A stretch of 63,661 nt of DNA, filler included, from Neolecta irregularis DAH-3 (lineage: Eukaryota), in assembly GCA_001929475.1 (NCBI GenBank). It is 6 parts of 6 records of this genome, joined end to end, with 100 filler letters (N's around TTAATTAATTAA, not from the genome) between each part and the next. Parts side by side here need not be neighbours in the genome. Positions count along the whole stretch, not along the records: positions 1 to 19,523 come from LXFE01000497.1; 5 more parts are not named here. One strand, given 5' to 3'. The notes beneath the pieces are model-generated. The model was given only the letters and a program-made list of their open reading frames with translations. It searched no databases and was not told the origin of the DNA. Made by a program: the position numbers and the translations under genes. This document shows positions 1 to 13,835 of this stretch, in pieces (within the stretch, counting starts at the first letter, position 1; the number at the start of each line of letters is the position of its first letter).

Positions 1-352
1 CAGAGGGACTTTAACCGTGTAAATTGATTATAAACGTAGTTACCTTCACTCAAAGTAGCTGCCGCCAGATCAAAATACCAACGTAAGTCCTCGAGCGACA
101 ACCAGGAACACCTGAATGCTCACAATCTGGTAAAGTGATTCTATTGACTATTCTATCTAGATTTTGTTCCATTGACTGTTGTCCATCCGCTCCCGCATGA
201 AGAACCATTTCCATCCAGTTTATACTCTTTTCTATCTACTTGTCTGGTTCTAGTCTATCTGATACTTCTTGTCGTCTGGTCTATCTGATACTTTTGGTAC
301 TACGAGGCATTATTGAGTCGAGATTTCGATACATATATCATTCTTCAATAGC

Positions 353-1842
<1,490 letters not shown>

Positions 1843-2087
1843 GAGTGAAGTTAAATCCTTGCTCAGCGGAATGACCTCTGTCAGTGGAATCCTCATGTAT
1901 AGATGAGACATTTCTTAATTTTATGCATCTAGTTCAATTCATATAGAATTTCGAGACGAGAAATGTGTCTGGCTCCAGACAAAATACTCTCCGGCACCTA
2001 GTTTAAACTATCAATTATGTAGAACGCCATCAAACAGGGGAGTAAATTCAAGCTCAAAATTCAAATAGCTAACTAGCTTTGCAATTG

Positions 2088-2095
2088 TGACGTCA
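2088..2095. promoter_or_regulatory. Palindromic CRE (ATF/CREB) site TGACGTCA upstream of FMP46-like gene
   Basis: Exact TGACGTCA about 40 nt before ATG 2132; same TGTGACGTCAT context as the site at 12336. Confidence 0.45.
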
Positions 2096-2131
2096 TTTAC
2101 GCCATCCCATCTACCAAATTAACTACAACAA

Positions 2132-2569
2132 ATGTTTATGCGATTGAATAAATCTCTTCCTGTTCTTTCTCTCTTGTACTCCTTGTTTAAAATCGCGCTT
2201 ACAAGGCAGCCATGCGCCGTCTTCTCAATCTAGTCTCTCTGCACTGCGACTTTTACAATCACGGAATAAAAACGAGATTTACAATCTGGATATTGTCACG
2301 GAGAAGCCTACTAAAGACCAGCTGCGATGCATCATCGAGTACACTGGCTGCAAACCCAGCGAAGTAGTCAGTGGGGCAAAGAATCTAGATGAAGCGATGG
2401 ATTTGATATCCTCTAATCTAGAGAAATTACAGAGACCGATAACTGTAGATTGGAATAAAGGATGGGTATCGCCAAGATATTTTCAACTTTGTAATAGCTA
2501 CAGGCCATCATCGGAAACGAACAAGATAAAATCAACCAATTGATTACCGGATCAAGTAAAGAGGATTAA
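2132..2569 (+). CDS. FMP46: FMP46/DUF1687-family thioredoxin-like mitochondrial protein (2 introns; absent from ORF track)
   Basis: Manual translation MFMRLNKSLPVLSL..HAPSSQSS..KPTKDQLRCIIEY..LQRPITVDWNKG matches the family motifs PTxDQL and QRPxxVDW. Confidence 0.8.
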
Positions 2570-2780
2570 TGTAAAATCGTATCTCCAATTTTCACTAATC
2601 TGTCACATCTGATAATAACTCCACCTCAGCAGTATTAAATATTTATTCTTAATTCATCCCAAGTTGTATCAATTTCATTACGCCGAAATATCATTCTCGT
2701 AATCTAGGAACCACTAAATTAGACATTTATCAAACCATATTCTTGCATCTCGCACAGGTACATTACAAACACGATGATTT

Positions 2781-4351
2781 CTAATCCCTTCTAAACCTTG
2801 TATTTTTACAAACATTTTTTAAAAATGGACTGGGTAGATCGTCCTCTTGTATCCAATATTTTTTCAAAGCAATGACGGCTTTAGATCCTTTTATTGGTGC
2901 TACGCGGATATTCTCGTTTCGAGAGGGTGATTTTCGCGGGGAGCGGAGGGAAAAAGTGCCGGAGCGGGTTGGTGTTATTGGTGCTGAATTGAATTGGGTG
3001 TTTAGGATTGAAGGACGGGCAGATGGACTGAATAGTTAGTTTTCCCGCTATAGAGGATATACCGCAAGGGTTCGCGGTGAAATGATGCAAACGAGGATTC
3101 TTTAGTACGTTCCGGGGATGAACGGGGACGATGATCGGTGATTTCTGTGGTAGCATTTGAATACGTAGATGTTGAATCGTCTAATTTGGATTCACGCAGT
3201 GCGATTGCTGCTTCTCTGACTTGTAATGCATCTTCCTGTCGTCGACAATCTTTTTCCCTTTGAAGGAGAGCTTGAAGACGTGCTTGATAAGCTTGTTCTG
3301 CATTACGGAGATTTTCTTCTCTGACTTTTAAATCTTTGACGCTTGTTTGTTAAAAAGATCAGAAAGATGGATACATTTGAACAGCATCCCGTTCTTTGAC
3401 GTTTAGCTGAATTACTTCCAGTTTGAGCAGATCTCTTGTGTCAGGGCGATCGTCAGCTCTCGTTTTGAGACAACTTGCGACAAAAGCACGCAAGGCAGGG
3501 CTGTACTCCTTTCCTAGCGGTTTGAAGATTCCCATTTTTATGGCTCTGCAGAGTTCTGATTGTGTTTTTGCATTAAAAGGGGGTGTTTGCACGCACAGTT
3601 CGTAGACGACACAGCCGAGGGCCCAGATGTCTGACTTTCGGGAATAAGGCTGGTCTGAGATGATTTCGGGAGACATGTAATAGGGCGTCCCGACATAAGT
3701 CTGAGCGAATTGGCGGGAAGGATCGTCTAGTTTTCTAGAAAGGCCGAAATCGCCCAGCTTGATGGAGTAGTCTGCCTCCATGAATACTGCACGTTAGCGG
3801 GGACGTAAACAAACAAAGATGCTATTTTCTGGTTTGAGGTCGCGGTGTAGAATGCAGATAGTCTCTGAGGAGCCGTTTTCAGATTTCGTGGTTTCGTAGT
3901 GGCATTTATGGAGGGCAAGGACGAGTTGCGTGAGTATAGTCCAGACCAAACTTTCTGGGACAAGAGTACTGAAAAATCAGGCGCGAAAAACAAAGAATCG
4001 CACCGTTCCCTGCGGCAGTTTTGGATAAAGTTTGCAAGATCGCCATTGCCGCAGTATTCCATGTAGAGATGGATGAGACGTTGGGACTGGTCGATAGTAC
4101 GATGGTAGTATCTGACGATATTTGGATGCCGAACCAGACCGAGAATATTGACTTCATCTGCGAGCTGCTGCTTTTCGCGGTCTGACATTTTTCCGTAAAA
4201 GATTTCCTTGCGAGCCATGACCTGCCCATCGCGGGAGCGTTTGACCTGGAATTAGCAGGGAATCCAGGAAGGCCAATGCCTTGTTTATTGTGCCAAATGA
4301 TCCTCTGCCAATCAGCTCGAGGACGACATATTGTTCCAAGGAGGGATCCAT
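2781..4351 (-). CDS. nimA: NIMA/Fin1/Kin3-family Ser/Thr kinase
   Basis: IGRGSFG, RKEIFYGKMSDREKQQL, HPNIVRYY, KLGDFGLS, TYVGTPYYMSPE, coiled coil, C-terminal DDLPSPFL. Confidence 0.92.
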
Positions 4352-4646
4352 GGTGGTGCTATGTTTATGTTGTGTTTCTGTAACAGTAAGTATATGGGGG
4401 AACACGTGAGATTGAGTACAAAAGACATTTGCACCACCAAACAGTCTTGAATCTACTCGAGCATTAAGCGAGTTGCTATCAAGCCGAATACTGGATAGAG
4501 CGCTCCAGACAGGCACTACATACAGTAGTCCATACCGATTCCTCTATCCGATACATTTCCCATCATCCCCTTCCCATACCACCACCTATCCTATACCACC
4601 ACCGATCCCATACCACCGCCTATACTATATACACATATTCCACACC

Positions 4647-5437
4647 ATGCACCGGCTTAGTTCATCACAGCCATTTTCGACTCCTGCCCACGATCCCGAA
4701 CAGTCATCGCCACGCTTTGGCGGCCCATCTTTTGGTTCTCCACGGTAATTCTCTCAATAACATGCAATAACAACAGACCTGCTGCCCGCCGCGCATCTGC
4801 TCCGCGATCTCGCTTAGACGACGATCCACCGCCTCTTGCATCTCTATACGATTCAGTCGCTGCGCCTCAAACACCGGCCTCTTCGCCGCCGATTTCGAGT
4901 TCTACAACAAATCCCGATCCCGATCCCGCTCTCTGCGTTGTGCTTTTTGGATTTCCACCAGCACTTACATCCCATGTTCTTGCCTTTTTCCAGAAATTCG
5001 GGCCGATCACCTCGTATTCGTCGAATCTTGCTACAGGCAACAATTGGCTGAAAATCACATACGCCGACGCACACTCGGCGCACCGTGCAGTCGCTGCAAA
5101 CGGCGCAAAAATAGGCGGATCTTATATGGTTGGCTGTGTTTATGCCTCGGATTCACCTCAAAATCCAGATCTGATGGACCTTGACGCCCCTCCTGCCCCA
5201 AACTCGTATCTCCCTAGAACAGTTAGTATGCCCATTCTTCAATCATCCGCAGCTCCTGCAAAACGAATTACAGTCCTCGGTGGAGAAGGAATCTTCAAAT
5301 CAGACTCAAAGAAAGAGTCTGCTTGGTGGCCTGCCCAGAATAAAGAGACTCCTCCGTCAACTGACCCTCGGCCCCAGGGAAACTCTTTTTTCTCTAGAAT
5401 CGGTAAACTCCTCGTTGATGGTCTGTTTGGCTTTTAG
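4647..5437 (+). CDS. NUP53: Nucleoporin of the Nup53/Nup35/Nup40 family (RRM-like MPPN domain)
   Basis: FGFPP..FQKFGPI..GNNWLKITY..AVAANG..MVGC; C-terminal amphipathic helix ending DGLFGF. Confidence 0.85.
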
Positions 5438-5586
5438 CCCTTTCATCGCCTCATCTTTGTATTTGTAGTAATAAATGGCATGAATCTTATAAATTCCTTC
5501 TCTAGATACCACGACATTTATTACCACCTCAATCACTAAAGGTACAAAAAAGATACATCTCTGACGATCCCACTACATAATTTTCT

Positions 5587-7063
5587 CTAGTTGTTCATAT
5601 AAGAACTAACGTCAATATGTTCCGGCAACTCCGGAATATTAACTTCAAATCTTTCTTGTATTTTATCAAGCATAGTGGCGTCTTCAGGTGTACTGACAAA
5701 CGTGATTGCAAGACCTTTAGTTCCGAATCGTCCTGCTCGACCAACTCTATGAAGATACGAATCAGATGCTGCAAGTTAGCTTTGAAGATGGATGAATGGA
5801 GGTACAATCGGCGATATCGTAGTTTATTACAATGTTTACTCGTTCAATGTCAATTCCTCGACCGAGAACATCGGTAGCTACACAAATCCGCTTATGAAAG
5901 TCTTTAAATTGTTTATATCGATTGATACTGGGAGTCAGTAATAAACAATAAACGAGATACCGTTCTTCTTGAGAAAGACTTCCGTGGATAGTGATGCTAG
6001 GGAAATTACATTCTCGCAACAAGCGATCTAATTCATTTGCGCGTTGAACTGACTTTACAAAGATTACGACTTGATTGAATTCCAGTTCATCGAGCAAGTC
6101 GTTCAATTTTCGGTTCTTTTCACGTTCTTCAAGACGGACGTAATGTTGCTGTAACCCATGCAGAGTGAGTTTTGTCTCGTCGTCAATGTAGATTTCAAGA
6201 GGCTGCGTGGATTAGTAGGAGAAAATGGGTAGAGTACATTTTGCATGAATTTCTTGCAGATTGGTCTGATTTCCGCACCGAGGGTTGCGCTAAACATCAT
6301 GACTTGTTTTTGATGAGGAGTAGCTCGGAAGATGTCTTGGATATCTCGTCTCATGTCTAATATTAGCGACGAAAGAAATTTTCAGTACCGATTGCCTCTA
6401 GCATTTTATCGCATTCATCAAGAACGAAATGTTTTACTTGGCCTACTCTGAGGACCTTTTCTCTGACGAGGGCGTTGAGTCTGCCAGGGGTGGCGACGAC
6501 GATATGAGGACACTTGTCCTTGTCCCTGAGCGTATCCATGTCCTGGCGGATATTGACGCCGCCGTAAAAGACTGCAGTACGCACATCTGGCATGTACTTG
6601 CTGAAGCGGGCATACTCATTCTTGATCTGGTAGGCGAGTTCTCGCGTGTGGCACAAGACAAGAACGGAAACTTCGCCGTTGACGGGCTCTATTTGGTGGA
6701 GCGTTGCGAGAACAAAGACTGCTGTTTTTCCGAGGCCGGATTTTGCCTGGCAGAGGATGTCTGTGCCGATGATGGACTGGGGAATGCAGACTTGCTGGAC
6801 TGGAGGCGCAAATGAGCGACACCCGGTTAAAAGTCAGACGAACCCTCCGACGGATGCTCGAAGCCGCAGTCGACGATAGCGCGCAGAAGTTCTGGCTTGA
6901 GCAGAAAATCGCGGAAGCCGGTCGAGTGGATGCCCACATACGATCCCTTCTTGTCCGCATCGCCAGAAATTGCCGGACCGGGCGCAGCATTGACCGCAAC
7001 TGCATCTTCGTCTTCCTCGTAGTCGATCAAATCGTCCTGCTCGTCGCGCGCATTGTTGGCCAT
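5587..7063 (-). CDS. SUB2: DECD-box RNA helicase Sub2/UAP56
   Basis: [64 protein letters not shown]. Confidence 0.98.
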
Positions 7064-7166
7064 TGATGTCAAATAGTAAAGTGGGTGGCAGGTGGTGGAG
7101 ATAGGGAGTGGCAGATGAATTAGTGGCAGGTTTTAGTGTCGCTTGCTGTATATTAGCGGCCTTTCT

Positions 7167-7432
7167 ATGGCCTCCCGCCCCTCCGTGCCGCCGTCGCAGC
7201 TCAAAGCGCGCCAGCTGTCGCATCTGCATTCGCAGCTCGCCCAGCTCCAGGCTCATCTCGCAGATCTCGAGAGCCATCTCAGAGTCACCGCCATCCAGGC
7301 AGAGTCCATCCGCCGACTCGGCGGCCTCCAGGGTTCGCTGTATTTCCGTGACCAGACTGTTCTAACCGCAGATTCATGGCGGCCAGCAGGGTCTTGGGCG
7401 AGGAGTCCGCCCTGAATAACCAGGCGCAGTAG
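7167..7432 (+). CDS. HSK3: DASH/Dam1 complex subunit Hsk3 (1 intron)
   Basis: KARQLSHLHSQLAQLQAHLADLESHLRVTAIQAE..LG..FMAASRVL. Confidence 0.88.
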
Positions 7433-7599
7433 CTATCTGCGTTGAGGAGATCAATATCTATTGTCTATCAAAGAGAGAACAGTAGCTACACTGTATTATG
7501 GCAAACACATCGTCAAATCACATGCCAAGAACAAGGAATATACAACAACTTCTTAGTTTGATGTAGAAATATATAACAAACCTCAATCACTTCAGATAT

Positions 7600-7892
7600 C
7601 TAGGTAGTCGTACGAGCAGGATTCATCTACACTGTCAACCTTCATACAACAAAACCTCTACCTGCGGCCTTTTACCGCCAAAAGTCATTGTGGTGACGTT
7701 GACAAATCTTCTAGTGTATAAAAGTCTCATCTTGGCGCGTCCTTTGGCTCTCTTCTTTTTATCCTGCTTGGGAACTTTGGGAGTTTGTCCTCGGACTTTA
7801 CCCGCTCGCGCAAGAGATCCGTGTTGCTTACCCTACAAATTTTTGATTAAATCTCTCTCAAAAGCCGATCGGTCGGCGAATAAACGTACCAT
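7600..7892 (-). CDS. RPS30: 40S ribosomal protein eS30 (2 introns; absent from ORF track)
   Basis: Manual translation [54 protein letters not shown]. Confidence 0.95.
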
Positions 7893-8039
7893 GATGGATC
7901 AAAGTTTCAATGGGGGAAAATTGGTGGAGAGGGGCGTAGTCACCACACCTGCCTCACAAAGAAATAAAAGCCGTAAATTAGTCTCAAATCCGCCACCACT
8001 TCGCAACCAACCTCCAACTATAGACATCAAGAGTAATGA

Positions 8040-8720
8040 ATGTCAACTTTTGAAACGCCGATATCTCAAGAACTGCAGGTTTCCAAAATAAATTATCGAG
8101 ACCTTTTACATCTCGTCAAGTCGCTTCACCATGAATTCAATCACGATCTAGCACATCACCTCATCCACTCCAAATCCGAAACAAAGCATAAACGCGTATG
8201 GACAGCTTGGCCTCTTCCTCTTTCCATAGTCCCTCGTCCTCTCGGAAAATTTAAAATGCCTTCTGATCCGCTACGAATTGAATTAGATGCCTTATTCCAA
8301 CAAACCGCAAAAATGCAACTGCTACAACAAGGAGAACAAGTTTCTGATGACTCAGACACTTTTCATCTTACTTCTCCGTTCATTGATATTATACTTGAAG
8401 ATCTAGATCAAGTGTTATACCATGTTGCTATTAACCGTGCAAACCATGGGAATGAAAAGAAACGAAACCGGCTGAATTCAATTGGATGGCGGGGTATTTT
8501 GAATATTGCGGCTCGAGTTATGCCTAGACAAGTTATCTGCAACGTTGAGAAGAAATGTATTCAACAGTTTGACGGCGGAGAAATGTCACAAGATAATCAG
8601 CAAGATATCTTTAACGGAAACGAGAAAGGCATCTTGAATGAAAACGAGGAAGACATTTTAGAACCTGTTTTGTTGCAAGTGAAAAAGAAACCGCGGTTCA
8701 CGAAATGCACGCAAGAGTAG
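8040..8720 (+). CDS. RRN9: Rrn9-domain protein (RNA Pol I upstream activating factor subunit-like)
   Basis: HDLAHHL..WTAWPLPLSIVPRP N-terminal motif and later IGWRGIL. Confidence 0.65.
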   Translation: MSTFETPISQELQVSKINYRDLLHLVKSLHHEFNHDLAHHLIHSKSETKHKRVWTAWPLPLSIVPRPLGKFKMPSDPLRIELDALFQQTAKMQLLQQGEQVSDDSDTFHLTSPFIDIILEDLDQVLYHVAINRANHGNEKKRNRLNSIGWRGILNIAARVMPRQVICNVEKKCIQQFDGGEMSQDNQQDIFNGNEKGILNENEEDILEPVLLQVKKKPRFTKCTQE

Positions 8721-8841
8721 ATTTATTATTTCGAGTTTGGCATAGATGGAGTAATTGGTGATTGGTTTACTTTCGTGAGGGATTGTTAGTCTGTTGCTTT
8801 TCATCCAACCACAATATCGTATTGTCTAGCACTACTGATTT

Positions 8842-10767
8842 TTAACATGTTGTTCTGTAAAGACCTCTCTTTCTATGCACAGCACGCCCATGTTTGGAAT
8901 GATTTCCATTCTTCTCGCCCTTGGTATGATCCTTCATGCTACCCTCCTTCTTTTCAACCCGATTCGACGAGAAATTTAAGGCAGACATGTCCAAGGTTTG
9001 CGAGCTCATTAATGTTTCAGTGGTCTCAACGATATCAGAGATCAGTCGAGAACAGAGATCGGTCGAAAAGCTTCCTCGAACAACTACTCGCAGAATTTCG
9101 ATTTTTTCTTCAGTTGGAGCAAGAGGATAATTCGGAATGATCCAACCTTTTACACGGAGCAGTGTAGATACCGTTGCTTGTGCAATATGGGGATACTCTT
9201 TCTTGAACTCGTCAGTTAGGCGGAACGCAACAACAGGGAGACCAGCGTTGTAAGCTTCTGGGTTATTCTGTATTGTCAGATGGCGTTAACGAGAGGGTTC
9301 TACATCATTCACTGCTTTAGCATTTGGATCAAACTTGAAAGTGCCTTTCTTTCGATGTATATCACTGACGCAGAGATAATATCCAGTGGCCTCTAGCGCT
9401 CGACTCAAAATTCGTGCATTGAGAAGATCATTCCTCTGGATCGCTTTGTATCCCTCGAACCCGAGATGAAGGAAACTAAAGTATTGAAGTAAGACTTGGG
9501 CTCCTGGTCTGGAGAAATTTAAAGCTAGATTTAGTATTGATAAAGCGATGGAAAGATACTGTAACTCTCTTCGGTTCCTCCAAGATAATGAAGTTCAAAG
9601 ATTAAATGTTTGGGAAGATATTCTTCCCCTCGCCAAAGAATCCATCCGAGGCCAACATACGTAAGACCAAACTTATGACCACTTGTATTGATACTCTTGA
9701 CTCGAGGAATGTCGAACCCAAACTTTACACTAGGATGAGCAAATGGTGCAAACTTGAAATGGTTAAAAACATAAAGTGAAACTGTACCATGGCACCGCTT
9801 GCTCCGTCGACATGAATAGGAATATCAATGCCAGTTTTGGCTTCATATTCGTCAAGCAGTTCGGCCATCTCGGCAACAGGTTCGTAATGACCGGTGTAAG
9901 TACTCCCCAAGATGACGAAAATGCCCATTCAATTAATTCAATTGGCCACACAAAATGGCTTACCTATTGTATTCTCATCAACAAATTCCATGGCTTTCTT
10001 TGGATCCAAGCAATGATGACTTTCTTCAGTGGCATTGACCATTCTAGCTTCGACCTCAAAATATCTCGCAAACTTTTCAAGAGCGACTTGAGCATTCGTG
10101 CCCATAATTATATTTGGCTTTGATGTGTCTTTTCCTTGTGCACGACGTTTTTCTTGCCAGAGTCGCTTCATTGCGAGTCCGCCGAGGTGAATCTTGCTTT
10201 AGCTCAGCTAGAATGAATGGATACAGCTTCCGAAGATCCAGTCGTTGCTGTCCCTACTGCTTGATGATCTTGACCCTTTGGGATATTCCAGAGATTCGCG
10301 AGCATGCTAATACATCGAGTATGAACAGCCATCAGCGCTGGATACTGTAGAATTACTACATGATAGAATTCACCGGCTTACCTCGTCTGAATCGGCCAAA
10401 TTCTTCATGACGTTTTCAATCATAAGTTTATCGCTGGAAATAAGATTATCAAGATTCTGGAGAATGCTCACGCTTCTGGTTCCATCCAGGTATGAACGAA
10501 GCTAGCCAGGTTCAAATTTGGATGGCCATCGAGATCCAGCTCGTCATGAATCAACTGATATGCTGCACTCGCACCAATTCCAGTGTCTACATATTAGACT
10601 CTGTCTTTCCAGGATAAACCTGGAATCTGGAACTTTGGGATGTCCCCCGTCGCGTATCGATGTCCATATGCTGTTTGGATTTCGTTATCTTTGGCAAGGA
10701 GCGTCGTTAGGCAATGGTCTTTGGAAGATTCCAAAAGGGACTCAGGATTTATGTGTTTAGAGAGCAT
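8842..10767 (-). CDS. GAD1: Glutamate decarboxylase (PLP-dependent; multi-intron)
   Basis: [45 protein letters not shown] (PLP lysine). Confidence 0.95.
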
Positions 10768-11310
10768 GAACAGAATAAAGCAGGCTTCCCCACTTTATAC
10801 ATGAGGGACTCTGGGGTTTGCGCCACCAGGTATTTGGATCCTGATTGGATCAAACGAAGACACTAATCAAAGGCATGCATGCTTTTTAACCCGGCATGGA
10901 CCCAATTAGTCGGTCAATCACACAGGACACACACACTCGCTATGAACACCGGGGATTTTCTTATACAGTAACTTGTCTTGGTATCAGCTTAAGGAAAACA
11001 CGGAAAACACATTCTCATTTCTGCTTAAATGTTCCGTCGCAAGGAGTCCTTGTGTGATTTGTGTCATTCCGCCAAGTAACAAGGCTCTTCCAAGGAAATC
11101 GCCAAGCATTATTTTCCCAGCTAGCATGTTGCAGGTAATCTCAATCTCTCTGTGATACTTGTTCGAAATCCACACGCTTTTCAAAGTAATTGAGGACGCC
11201 GCATGATGGCGGACAATTCTCGGTTATCAATCTGCGTCTGTGGTGAATTCATTCCTTCGCGCCTACTTTCCCAATCAGGAATTGAACACAGATATTCAGG
11301 TGGATCTGCA

Positions 11311-11345
11311 AATATTTACAGTCACACAGTGTGACTGTAAATATT
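11311..11345. repeat. Perfect 17-bp inverted repeat with 1-nt spacer
   Basis: AATATTTACAGTCACAC-A-GTGTGACTGTAAATATT. Confidence 0.9.
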
Positions 11346-12335
11346 GTAATAATATTGTAACCATTTAATTGTTATTACATGTTATAAGATGGCCTTTTTG
11401 ATTTTTTGGGTAATAATATTATGACCATTTTATATTGCCAATACCGATGGTTTATGTTGTTGCCAACGCTGGACTCACCTGGATATAACGAATGTGGCTT
11501 GGTAGCGTTTTCAGTTCGTTATAACGAGGTTTCGTTGTATGGAGATGACCAAATAGAAAATAAACAAGATCCAAAAGACAAATCCAAACCAAAAGAATCG
11601 GAGAAAAATATTAAATAGGGAGTGTGTTCAAGGCAGTTGCCTAACCTGCCTGCCTGCCTGCCAATTCAGGCCCATGTGTACTAAGCCCAAGCCAGTGGCA
11701 CGGCCCATCGTAGGCACGCAGAGCAATTTTTTACTCATTTGTAATAGCAGAGGGGCATTCCTCTATTCTTTTTTGAGGGGATTCCCGGAACCCCCACAGC
11801 CACCAGAGACGGATAACCACCGCCACCGGCAAATGGACCAAGGACATCCGCAAAGCGCTATCGACCTCTCCATCCGCAAGTAGAGCTAAGAAGCCCAATA
11901 AGGATGTTAGCCGATTCCTTATCAATGGGGTTGGCCGTACCATTGACCCGCGATCGGGCACGTTGTCCGCAAGAGGAGCGCGGCTGCTCAAAGAGGAAAT
12001 CAATCTCGTCATTGACTACCAGAGCAGCGATATCCTCACGGCGCAATCGATCGGACACCCCGCAAGAAGAGCTAGGGAGCTCAATGGGGCCATACTCCCG
12101 GTACGAAGATACTCTCGAGAAGACAGGGAACCGACGTTGGAAGCACCATCGTGCCAAAATAGATAGCATAGTGAATTGTAAGTGAGATTTGTGATAATAA
12201 AAACCCCTGAGGTTGAGGGGAGGAAGCAGCTTGAGTGAGGAGTCCCGATAGTGTCATATTAAGCGAAAGTCTTCAGTTTAGCATTTCTTTACGACAGGCT
12301 TCTTCATCGCGCGAACCACTTAATTTGGGATGATG

Positions 12336-12343
12336 TGACGTCA
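12336..12343. promoter_or_regulatory. CRE site upstream of GRE2-like reductase
   Basis: TGACGTCA about 50 nt upstream of ATG 12392. Confidence 0.5.
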
Positions 12344-12391
12344 TGTCCTCCTACCTCTCACTTGGTCCTTCGTTTGACAAACCTGAAACAA

Positions 12392-13602
12392 ATGTCCGCT
12401 ATCAAATTAAAAGCTAGAGAAATAGTCACCAGGATTGTGATGCCTGGTGATATAATACTGTATGTTGGATAAATAGAGATTGGAACTGATTACTGACAGT
12501 GTCTCTGGAATTTCAGGATTTCTAGCTGCCCATGTACTTAGCCAGCTTCTCGAGAAAGGTTATAGCGTCCGGGGGACCGTCAGAGATGAGAAGAAACGAG
12601 ACTGGATCCTCGAAAAATATAAAACATTTGTAGACGAGAACAGATTGCAAGTCATAATCGTACCTGATGCTGCCAGGGAAGACGCTTTTGAAGAAGCAGT
12701 CAAAGGCATGACTTTTGTTATTCACATCGTAAGTACCTCCCAAATTAGGGGTTCTATTCATTAAACAGGCATCTCCATTCCATTTCAAAATCACAGACCC
12801 AAAGATCGATTTGCTCGATCCAGCAATCATCGGTACGCGAGGCCTCTTGACTCACGCAGCCAAACACAGCAGCATCAAAAGAGTTGTCATCACTTCTTCA
12901 TTTGCTTCAATCCTCGATCCATCCTATGGATGGCGACCTGGATACACGTATACTGAAGCCGATTGGTCTCCTCTTACCTACGAAGATGGACTGGCTGCAA
13001 AAGACGATCCATTCACTGCATATCGAACCTCGAAGGTAGAAGCTGAAAGAACTGCATGGAGATTCCTCGAGACCGAGAAACCGAGTTTTGATATCGTTAC
13101 AATTTGTCCTCCCTTGATTTGGGGCCCCATGATACATCAAGTTACGCTGGACACTCTCAACGAGAGCAATCGACAACTTTGGGACGTCATTAATGGAGAG
13201 TCAAACGAGCTGCCAAAGACAATGACGTTGATGTTTGCTGATGTTCGTGATGTTGCGAAAGCTCACGTATCCGCGTTGGCACTGGACAAGGCAAATGAGC
13301 GCTTTGTTATATGCAGAGGCGAACACAGTTGGCAAAAAGTATGTCTTTTTCTTTCAATAAATAGGGGTTGATTTTTTGGCAAGGCAGCTGATATACTTCG
13401 ACGACGATTCCCCGAAAAGCAGTCTCGAGTTCCCATCGGTAACCCAGGAGAAAACCTTCCCCCTCACTATAAGTTAAGTGCAGAGAAAGCAAAGAGAAGC
13501 CTTGCAGGGTTTGAGAACGGCTTTATTGACTATGAGACGAGTTTATGTGATATAGCCAAACAACTATGGGACATGCAAGCTGTTAAGAGTTTCGAGCACT
13601 GA
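12392..13602 (+). CDS. NAD(P)-dependent reductase, GRE2/aldehyde reductase-type extended SDR
   Basis: VSGISGFLAAHV, VRGTVR, RVVITSSFAS, YRTSKVEAE (YxxxK), DVRDVAKAH. Confidence 0.9.
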
Positions 13603-13835
13603 GTCAGGCTGGAACCCTTATGTCATCCATAACCTATGTATAAAAGCCATAATTCACAAGTCATCGTCCTTTCTATTAACTATCACAGCCAAGACTAGTA
13701 GATAAAGTTTTTTCAATGATTGAACTATGATCAACATCTTTCTATCCATAAAAGAATATATCATATACAAAAATTCCATTTCCAATAATTTGTAACCATG
13801 TGTTGGATGTTACCCCGAGTAACCTTTACTCCTCT

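Noticed and set aside
1-300. Possible 3' exons of a + strand gene, ORF 240-578 and a short GTCTATCTGATACTT duplication
   Set aside because: No recognisable product; the ORF is largely an antisense shadow of ARG4
11674-12185. Overlapping short ORFs on both strands
   Set aside because: No recognisable domain or consistent gene model
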